Shown here one piece after another: positions 37,861-45,096 of a DNA stretch of 64,000 nt (within the stretch, counting starts at the first letter, position 1; the number at the start of each line of letters is the position of its first letter). Location of the stretch: contig CAYHEC010000017.1 of assembly GCA_964355675.1 (NCBI GenBank), forward strand, positions 4,310-68,309. The letters are read 5' to 3'. This DNA comes from an uncultured Caldithrix sp. (GTDB taxonomy: Bacteria > Electryoneota > AABM5-125-24 > Hatepunaeales > Hatepunaeaceae). Below the pieces are notes generated by a model. That model was not told the DNA's origin and did not search any database. It worked only from the letters and a program-made list of their open reading frames with translations. Made by a program: the position numbers and the translations under genes.

Positions 37861-37934
37861 TTTCTACAAAATAATACTCTTATCATTACAACTTATCTCC
37901 ACAAAATATCAATATCATTCAAACCGAGATCGAA

Positions 37935-38498
37935 ATGCGGAACGAAACTATTGAAATCAAGTTACCTATCACAGATGATACAGCGCGAGCCCTCGTAGCT
38001 GGAGATGCAGTCAGCCTAAGTGGCGTTATGTTCTCAGCGCGTGACGCCGCTCATAAAAAGCTGGTCGATCTGCTCGACGCCGGAGAGCCTTTGCCAATCG
38101 AGATTGCCGGGCAGACTATCTATTATATGGGGCCTTCACCCGCCAAACCGGGATCCGTTATTGGATCAGCCGGCCCAACTACCAGTTACCGGATGGACGC
38201 TTATGCTCCGACTTTGATCGCTATCGGATTGAGGGGGATGGTCGGCAAAGGTGAGCGAGGTTCCAATGTTGTTGAGGCTATGAAACAACATGGTGCAGTT
38301 TACTTCGCCGCAACTGGTGGAGCCGCGGCTCTGATCTCTCAGTCCATTATCGAAGCCGAGGTCGTAGCTTTTCCAGAGCTTGGGCCGGAAGCGGTACGTA
38401 GGCTCGTCGTTAAAGGCTTTCAAGTCATTGTCGCACAAGATTCGCACGGCGGGAATCTCTATAAGGACGGGGTGGAACGATATCGTGATGCATCGTGA
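37935..38498 (+). CDS. Fe-S hydro-lyase beta subunit (class I fumarate hydratase / tartrate dehydratase C-terminal domain)
   Basis: GQTIYYMGPSPAKPG...GLRGMVGKGERG...VYFAATGGAAAL; 187 aa; no alpha subunit adjacent. Confidence 0.7.
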   Translation: MRNETIEIKLPITDDTARALVAGDAVSLSGVMFSARDAAHKKLVDLLDAGEPLPIEIAGQTIYYMGPSPAKPGSVIGSAGPTTSYRMDAYAPTLIAIGLRGMVGKGERGSNVVEAMKQHGAVYFAATGGAAALISQSIIEAEVVAFPELGPEAVRRLVVKGFQVIVAQDSHGGNLYKDGVERYRDAS

Positions 38499-38517
38499 AG
38501 GAAATTAAGGAGTTGAA

Positions 38518-39585
38518 ATGATTGAATATATTCGACTTAAAAACCTGACAGCATTCAAAAACTTTGAATGGAAGGCCACCGGCGCTTTGAATGGTAAAGA
38601 CGCAGGTGCGTTGAATGTTATTGTTGGGATAAATGATACAGGCAAAACCCACCTTCTAAAATTCCTCTATGCTTTTGCAAAAAGTTATGAGGGACATTCG
38701 AAGGGTGGGATTGGCTCAGGCTCATGGGCGAAACTTCTTGCAGACAAGCTTCTAAAGGTATTTTTGCCTCACGCGGACGCATTGAATTCCTTGATAAGTA
38801 ATGGTGCACCTCGTTTGGATTCATATATCCGTTTCAATGATGAAAATTTGCATTTTTCCTTTGGCAAAGATACGACCTCGACTATTACTGATTGCGAGAG
38901 TTATATCAAACCTGATAAAGAGCTACGGGTTCTTTTCTTTCCTCCAAAAGAAGTGCTTACAACACATCAGGCACTCACGGCGCTATTGCAAGACTCCGAT
39001 TATCAATCATGGGGATTCGATGCAACCTATTACGACTTGATTGATGCACTTAGGAGACCAGGGGCGAAAGGTAATGTTAATAAGAGTCTTACAGATTCTA
39101 AAGTTAAGCTTGAAGAGTTATTGAACGGACACTTCGAGTACATAAATGACAATGAGTTCCTGTTCTATCGAACTGGAGCTAAAGAGCCATCAAGGATGTG
39201 GCAAACTGCAGAAGGATATAAGCGTATCGGTATTCTTACTCTCCTCGTGAATAGCCGTTGGATTCGTAAGGGTTCAATCCTATTTTTCGATGAACCGGAA
39301 GCCAACCTACATCCGATGGCAGCGAGGGTAATGGCACAAATTCTATTCAATTTTGCACAAGCGGGCGTTCAGATCTTCCTTTCAACGCATAGCTATTTCA
39401 TTCTCAAACAACTTGAGTTGTTGGCACGTAAAGAGGATTTCAGTATCCCCACATGTTCGCTTGTCAAAGGAGCTTCAGGTATTGAGGCAATTTTCGCTAA
39501 CCTCAAGAATGGAATGCCTGAGAATTCTATTGTAGATGAATCGGTTGCTATGTTCGAGGAAGATCTTCAACTTGAATTGGAGTAA
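38518..39585 (+). CDS. ABC/AAA_21-type ATPase (defence-system-like)
   Basis: Walker A GINDTGKT, Walker B ILFFDEPEANLHP, H-loop LSTHS; 355 aa; AT-rich relative to flanks. Confidence 0.7.
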   Translation: MIEYIRLKNLTAFKNFEWKATGALNGKDAGALNVIVGINDTGKTHLLKFLYAFAKSYEGHSKGGIGSGSWAKLLADKLLKVFLPHADALNSLISNGAPRLDSYIRFNDENLHFSFGKDTTSTITDCESYIKPDKELRVLFFPPKEVLTTHQALTALLQDSDYQSWGFDATYYDLIDALRRPGAKGNVNKSLTDSKVKLEELLNGHFEYINDNEFLFYRTGAKEPSRMWQTAEGYKRIGILTLLVNSRWIRKGSILFFDEPEANLHPMAARVMAQILFNFAQAGVQIFLSTHSYFILKQLELLARKEDFSIPTCSLVKGASGIEAIFANLKNGMPENSIVDESVAMFEEDLQLELE

Positions 39586-39590
39586 CAACT

Positions 39591-40127
39591 TTGAATCTTA
39601 AATGGCACGACGATGAGTCAGGTGTAGAATTAGGTCTCCCCGACAAGGATCATTTTCGATTTCAGGACTGTGAAGCCTATAATAAGGTGAAAGGAATGGG
39701 AATCAAGGAGATGGATTTCTGCTGGTGGAATCAAACGAAGGATTCTATCTATTTACTAGAAGCATTAGACACCAAGAAGGATTCATCTCAGGAAATATTA
39801 CTCAAAATTGTTGTAAAGGGTTTGGACAGCTTACTGTTATTGTTAGCTGTTTGGATGGATACAAGGTTCGGTGAAAGTTTGGGTTCGGAATTACCCAAAT
39901 CCTTTCCAACAGCAATTCCAACGAAATTCATATTTATTTTCATTTTACGGACTCGATCAGGCCATGCGGTAAGTTCGGATAAAAAAGGGCAATTTGCACC
40001 TTATCAAGATAAAGCAAGGTCCAGACTCCGTAGTCGATTAGGTCTCTTTTCTGGGAATCCAAGATTAGTAATTGATGATAAAGAATCAATTATAAGAATC
40101 GCTCTTGGTGATGCTGTGATTAGATGA
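39591..40127 (+). CDS. Hypothetical 178-aa protein, partner of the ATPase
   Basis: 5-nt gap after the ATPase gene; same AT-rich composition; no recognisable family. Confidence 0.45.
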   Translation: MNLKWHDDESGVELGLPDKDHFRFQDCEAYNKVKGMGIKEMDFCWWNQTKDSIYLLEALDTKKDSSQEILLKIVVKGLDSLLLLLAVWMDTRFGESLGSELPKSFPTAIPTKFIFIFILRTRSGHAVSSDKKGQFAPYQDKARSRLRSRLGLFSGNPRLVIDDKESIIRIALGDAVIR

Positions 40128-41197
40128 CTAATAAGACACCCGTTCGCGCCCTCGCCCTCCTTTCCGGCGGTCTCGACTCGACTCTTGCCCTTCGCTTGAT
40201 CCACGATCAGGGGATCGAGGTGACAGCCCTGAATTTTCACACCGGATTCTGCTTCACCGACGCACGGCGCGCCACCCGAAAACCCACCCAGTCAGCCACC
40301 GATGGTGATACTCGCGAATCTGGTGGACCATCCGACGCGCTCTCCGCCGCGGCGAAATTAGGCATTCCCATCGAGGTGATCGACATCTCGAAGGGTTACC
40401 TCGAAGTCCTTCACCACCCACAATATGGCTATGGAAAGAACGTCAACCCCTGTGTCGATTGCCGTATTCACATGTTCAAGCAGGCGCGGGAGCTTATGTT
40501 GGAGGTCGGCGCCGAGTTCATTTTCACCGGTGAAGTGCTCGGTCAGCGCCCAAAATCACAACATCTTCAAGCATTACATCTAATTTCCGACCAATCAGGT
40601 CTTTCAGATAGGCTTCTGCGACCGCTTTCGGCTCTACTTTTGCCACCGACACTCCCCGAACGGGAGGGATGGATCGATCGCTCCAAGCTGATGGGCTTTC
40701 ACGGCCGGACGCGCAAACCGCAGATGGCGCTTGCCGCTGAGCTTGGCATCGAGGGTTATCCGCAACCTGCGGGCGGATGTTGTTTTCTCACCGATCCTCA
40801 GTACGGTCGAAAAGTCCGGGATATGTGGGAGCATTCGATTAAGGATGAAATGGAGTGGGAGGATTACCTCATGCTTAAGGTTGGCAGGCACATTCGGTTG
40901 AGCGACGCCGCTAAAGTCGTCGTCGGTCGTGATGAAGGCGAGAATCTGTTTCTCGAACAATTCCCGGGCAATAATATCCGCCTCGAAGTAGCCGATTTTC
41001 CCGGTCCGGTAGCGCTCTTTGTCGGCGAACATTCTGATGATCTTCTCTTTAAGGCGGCAAGAGTAGTCGGAAGGTATTCTGATGGCCGAGACAAGGGAGT
41101 CGATCTAAACGTTTTGGTACAGAACGGAAAAGACTTGAAAAAGATAGTTGTCAGGCCTTTTCAAGCTGAGGAGGTACAGGATTGGGTGATAAGTTAG
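40124..41197 (+). CDS. PP-loop tRNA thiolase, MnmA/ThiI superfamily
   Basis: PP-loop LLSGGLDST; NPCVDCRIHMFK (compare MnmA NPDILCNKEIKFK); TGEVLGQRPKSQ (ThiI-like); CCFLTD; 357 aa. Confidence 0.6.
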   Translation: MTNKTPVRALALLSGGLDSTLALRLIHDQGIEVTALNFHTGFCFTDARRATRKPTQSATDGDTRESGGPSDALSAAAKLGIPIEVIDISKGYLEVLHHPQYGYGKNVNPCVDCRIHMFKQARELMLEVGAEFIFTGEVLGQRPKSQHLQALHLISDQSGLSDRLLRPLSALLLPPTLPEREGWIDRSKLMGFHGRTRKPQMALAAELGIEGYPQPAGGCCFLTDPQYGRKVRDMWEHSIKDEMEWEDYLMLKVGRHIRLSDAAKVVVGRDEGENLFLEQFPGNNIRLEVADFPGPVALFVGEHSDDLLFKAARVVGRYSDGRDKGVDLNVLVQNGKDLKKIVVRPFQAEEVQDWVIS

Positions 41198-41472
41198 GGC
41201 GCTTGAATCGTGATCGAGCGCTATTTGAGCCAAATGCCCGCCGGAAATTGGTGGAGACTCTTTCTCAAGCCAATCCGGAAATTATTGCCAGAGTTATCAT
41301 CAAGGCATTGGAGATGCAAATTCTAACTGAGGATTATAGTCGAGACTGCGGCGTCGATTTTTCCCCTGAAAGTCTGTCCCGCTTCCAGAGAGAGAATTTT
41401 GCAGAAATCGAACAACACCTTGAAAGAGCTATCGGTGGTTTTGTTGGGGGTATCGTCTCGCAAGAGGGTTAA
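41182..41472 (+). CDS. Small hypothetical protein (96 aa)
   Basis: TTG start with upstream GAGGAGG; overlaps the PP-loop gene end; no family. Confidence 0.35.
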   Translation: MGDKLGRLNRDRALFEPNARRKLVETLSQANPEIIARVIIKALEMQILTEDYSRDCGVDFSPESLSRFQRENFAEIEQHLERAIGGFVGGIVSQEG

Positions 41473-41564
41473 TTCCAAGTCTCCGAATACCCGCTACCGC
41501 CCCGCCATAGTCGGCAGAGAAAAAAGCCCACTGCCGACCCGCCGTGGTCGGCAGGAAGCTTAAG

Positions 41565-41660
41565 AGAGCCGCTGTCACACGTCCCGGGTTAATAAAGTGC
41601 TGCTGTCACACGTCCCGGGTTAATAAAGTGTTGCTGTCACACGTCCCGTGTGACAGCCCT
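41565..41660. repeat. Tandem ~31-bp direct repeats (2.6 copies) ending in a palindrome
   Basis: (c)tgctgtcacacgtcccgggttaataaagtg x2, then gctgtcacacgtcccgtgtgacagc. Confidence 0.8.
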
Positions 41661-41700
41661 AATAGCAGGCAGACGAAGGCGTCTGCCTGCAGGCTGATTA

Positions 41701-42282
41701 TTGCAAAAGTTATTATTACATATCTGCTGCGCGCCAGATGCGTCGGTTGCCGTCGAAAGACTGCGCGACCGCTATGATCTGACCGGTTATTTCTATAATC
41801 CCAATATAGAGCCACTTACCGAATATGCTCTTCGGGAAGCAGAGGCTCGACTGCTCTCAGCAGTACTCCATTTCAAGTACCTTGAGACTCAACCACTTCG
41901 TGACGAGTGGTTTGAACTCTGCTCTCCCTTTTCCTCCGAACCCGAACGAGGTGAGCGTTGCCGCGTTTGCATTTCTCACCGTCTTAAAACAACAGCCCAA
42001 TGCGCTGTTGTTCATGGAATTACCCATTTCACAACAACTCTTACTACTTCTCCACATAAAGACGTTGACTTCATCCACGAAACTGGCGAAATTTTGGCAA
42101 ATGAATTCGGACTGATCTATCTTCCCGAGACATTTCGCGCGCGCGATGGATTTCGGCGCAGTCTCGAGCTTTGTCGGGAATACAATTTATACCGCCAGAA
42201 CTACTGCGGATGTCGCTGGAGTCAGAGAAATGGCGAACGTGTACTGCCCAAAGAGTCTGATATCATCGTTCGCAGATCATGA
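41701..42282 (+). CDS. queH: Epoxyqueuosine reductase QueH-like (DUF208)
   Basis: LLLHICCAP...YFYNPNIEP...QNYCGC; TTG start. Confidence 0.65.
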   Translation: MQKLLLHICCAPDASVAVERLRDRYDLTGYFYNPNIEPLTEYALREAEARLLSAVLHFKYLETQPLRDEWFELCSPFSSEPERGERCRVCISHRLKTTAQCAVVHGITHFTTTLTTSPHKDVDFIHETGEILANEFGLIYLPETFRARDGFRRSLELCREYNLYRQNYCGCRWSQRNGERVLPKESDIIVRRS

Positions 42283-43508
42283 ATTCGCTTCCGATCATCC
42301 TCGACGGCAGACCGGAGACATACTCCGATCTAGTTAACAAGGCCATCGCGGGGGCAATGGAAATCACTCGCGCCTGGCGTGAGGGCCGGGGGGATGAGGA
42401 AGCGGTCAACCAGATTGAGTCCGACGCTCGCCAAGCTGTCCGTCGAGCGTTCGATCTGCCGAATGATTGCCGGATTATATTCACTTCTTCAATTGAGGAA
42501 GCTCGGAATAGTGCCATCAAGGGGCTTGCATGGGGAGCCGGAACCAGCAGGAACGGGATAATTACCGTCGAAGGCGATCCAGCGGGGTTTGAGGAGTCGG
42601 CGATCTGGCTGGAGCGGTTTGGCTTCCGTTCGATACGGCTTCCAGTCGGAAAAGCCGGAGGGATACCTTTTCCATTGCTTGACAAGTCGGTCGATGACCG
42701 GACGGCTGTGGTGGCGTTACTCTCCACGACTCCCGAAATGTACCGCTGGCGGATACCTGAGATTCGCAAGCTGATAGCCTCGTGCGAAAGGCATGGGGCT
42801 GAATTAGTTATCGACGTTTCGGTTGAAGTGCAAGTGAAACGAATGGAATACGACTCCTCAAAAATGACACTGCTTTGCGATGGAGTTACTCTTGGCGCGC
42901 CGATTGGCGTGGCGTTTGTGGCGCTGAGACCCGGAGCCCGTTTCGGCCCATTGGTCAGCGGAGGCCTTGAGCAGGACGGTTTGCGAGCTGGAAGACTTAA
43001 CCCAGCGCTGGTTGCGGGACTTGCCGCCGCGGTGATGGAGAACGTTTCTTCTGCCGACCCCCTGCGGTCGGCAGCCAGTGGCGTTTCTTCTGCCACCCCC
43101 CCGTGGGTGGCAGCGAGTGGCGGTTCTTCTGCCACCCCCCCGTGGGTGGCAGCACTTTCCACCCTCCGCCAAACCGCCCTTCGTGAGCTTCGCCGCCGTA
43201 TTCCCTCCGCGAGGCTTGTCCATGGCGAAGCCCCCCTGCCGGTCGGGATCACCTTCGTCGTCCCCGGCGTCGAAGGCGAGGCGGTAGTGATGCTCTGCGC
43301 ACAAGAGAACGTCTTCGTCTCGACGGGATCGACCTGTTCGAAGAAGGCGGGCAAACCCTCGCCGGTACTCCTCGCCGCAGGTTTCACGACCGAGGAGGCT
43401 TCCGGGGCGATAGGGTTGACATTCCGCGCCGGGCAGACGGTTGAAGATGTGAAAATGGCGATGGAAGTTATTGGGAAGGCGGTATTAAAACTGATGGAAA
43501 TAGGATGA
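42279..43508 (+). CDS. Cysteine desulfurase-like (class V aminotransferase fold) paralog lacking the PLP lysine, with in-frame hairpin-repeat insertion
   Basis: C-terminal VSTGSTCS active-Cys loop present, but the SxHK PLP motif is replaced by LLCDGV; two 39-bp tandem palindromic units encode SGVSSATPPWVAA x2. Confidence 0.6.
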   Translation: MNSLPIILDGRPETYSDLVNKAIAGAMEITRAWREGRGDEEAVNQIESDARQAVRRAFDLPNDCRIIFTSSIEEARNSAIKGLAWGAGTSRNGIITVEGDPAGFEESAIWLERFGFRSIRLPVGKAGGIPFPLLDKSVDDRTAVVALLSTTPEMYRWRIPEIRKLIASCERHGAELVIDVSVEVQVKRMEYDSSKMTLLCDGVTLGAPIGVAFVALRPGARFGPLVSGGLEQDGLRAGRLNPALVAGLAAAVMENVSSADPLRSAASGVSSATPPWVAASGGSSATPPWVAALSTLRQTALRELRRRIPSARLVHGEAPLPVGITFVVPGVEGEAVVMLCAQENVFVSTGSTCSKKAGKPSPVLLAAGFTTEEASGAIGLTFRAGQTVEDVKMAMEVIGKAVLKLMEIG

Positions 43509-43525
43509 CTGAAATAGATTTTTCA

Positions 43526-43590
43526 GGCGGGCGTCCTCGTCCGCCGAAGACTAAAGCACGAATTAGACGCAGACGAAGACGTCCGCGTGA
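43526..43590. repeat. Family B element (first hairpin intact, second degenerate)
   Basis: ggcgggcgtcctcgtccgcc ... gacgaagacgtccgcg. Confidence 0.55.
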
Positions 43591-43760
43591 ATTATTCAAA
43601 GAAATCTTGTGGTGACTGAAGCAATCGGTCACTATATACGATCACAAATCGATCACGCCTGAATCCCTTGTCTGTCAGGCTTTCCCGGGCTTCGGTGACT
43701 CAGTGATCGATTTTTGACCCCTCCGTCCTCTCATTAATCATCAATCATTAGTCATTATAA

Positions 43761-45029
43761 ATGATCTACTTCGACAATAACGACACTACGCCTCTCCACC
43801 CTGAGGCACTCGCGGCGATGATGCCCTACTTCACCGACAAATTCGGCAACCCCTCATCACTGCACACACTCGGTCTTGAAGCTGAGACCGCTCTCGACGA
43901 GGCGCGCGAGACCATTGCCTCCGCAATCAGCGCTTCGCCCAAAGAGATTGTCTTCACATCCGGCGCGACCGAAGCTAACAACCTTGCCATCCTCGGCGCG
44001 GCTCGCGCTCGCCCTGACCGCAAGCACCTCATCATCTCTGCCGTCGAGCACGCCTCTGTCCTGCAGATCGCCAAACGGCTCGAAGGCGAGGGCATCCGCG
44101 TTACGAAGTTGCCCGTCGATGGGCAGGGGTTCGTTTCGTCAGACACACTCCGCGATGCGCTTGACGACGACACCTTCCTCGTCAGTATAATTTACGCCAA
44201 TCACGAGATTGGCACGATTCAGGACTTAAAAACCCTCGCGGCGATTGCTCACGAAAAGGGAGCCTGGGTCCACACCGACGCCGCGCAAGCGCTTGGCAAG
44301 ATCCCTTGCGACGTGAAGGAGCTTGGCGTTGACCTTGCTTCGTTCAATGGGCACAAACTGCACGGGCCTAAAGGAGTCGGAGCGCTATACTTCAGTCGCA
44401 AATGCCGCCCGAAACGGCTGATGGAAGGCGCGGCTCAGGAGAACGACCTCCGCCCGGGGACTGAGAACGTCCCGGCGATTATAGGATTTGCCAAGGCCGC
44501 TGAAATCGCCGTTCGGGACAGGGAAGAAGTGACCAATCACGTCAATCGGCTGGTGAAACGGCTGGCAGATGGACTTTCGGAGTTGCCACACACGCGTCTT
44601 AATGGGCCACCGCCGGGGACACCCCCCGACACCTTGGAGGGCGGACTTCAGTCCGCCCCACTGCATGTTCCTCAAATGACTCGTCTTCCCGGTAATCTCA
44701 ATGTCACCTACCTTTACATCGAGGGCGAAGCAATACTAATGCACCTCTCTAACCGTGAGATAGCCGTCTCTTCGGGGAGCGCCTGCTCGTCGAAGTCGCT
44801 CGTGCCGTCATCAGTGTTGACGTCCATCGGCTTGATCCATGAGGAAGCTCATGGCGCGATACGGTATTCCCTCTCAAGGTTCAATACGATAGAAGAAGTC
44901 GAGACGGTCATCGTGAAATCTCGTGAGGTGGTGGAACTGCTTAGAGCGATGACGGCATTCGTGCCAGAGCTTCACTCTGAGCGTGAGGGGGGGGAAGGCT
45001 TCTATCGCAGTCGCGATAAAACGACTTGA
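43761..45029 (+). CDS. nifS: Cysteine desulfurase (NifS/IscS family) with an in-frame family A palindrome insertion
   Basis: SFNGHKLHGPKGVGALY (PLP Lys) and SSGSACSS (active Cys); insertion at 44633-44660 encodes DTLEGGLQSAPL. Confidence 0.8.
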   Translation: MIYFDNNDTTPLHPEALAAMMPYFTDKFGNPSSLHTLGLEAETALDEARETIASAISASPKEIVFTSGATEANNLAILGAARARPDRKHLIISAVEHASVLQIAKRLEGEGIRVTKLPVDGQGFVSSDTLRDALDDDTFLVSIIYANHEIGTIQDLKTLAAIAHEKGAWVHTDAAQALGKIPCDVKELGVDLASFNGHKLHGPKGVGALYFSRKCRPKRLMEGAAQENDLRPGTENVPAIIGFAKAAEIAVRDREEVTNHVNRLVKRLADGLSELPHTRLNGPPPGTPPDTLEGGLQSAPLHVPQMTRLPGNLNVTYLYIEGEAILMHLSNREIAVSSGSACSSKSLVPSSVLTSIGLIHEEAHGAIRYSLSRFNTIEEVETVIVKSREVVELLRAMTAFVPELHSEREGGEGFYRSRDKTT

Positions 45030-45096
45030 AATTTCGATTAGTTTTTTGTAAATTAATATTAACATTCGAAAGTGCTGAACATTACCGGAGACAATA

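Noticed and set aside
40124-41197. Interpretation of the PP-loop/ATPase/desulfurase neighbourhood as a Dnd/Ssp-like DNA phosphorothioation or Qat-like defence system
   Set aside because: The PP-loop protein matches MnmA/ThiI tRNA-thiolase motifs (NPCxxC, CCFL) rather than DndC/SspD or QueC. The ATPase cassette differs sharply in GC from the PP-loop gene, arguing for independent origins. The neighbours QueH and NifS are standard tRNA-modification partners. The cluster is kept only as a tRNA-modification cluster.
41565-41660. Possible CRISPR array (identical ~31-bp repeats)
   Set aside because: Repeats are directly adjacent with no spacers and only 2.6 copies. This is a tandem direct repeat, not a CRISPR.
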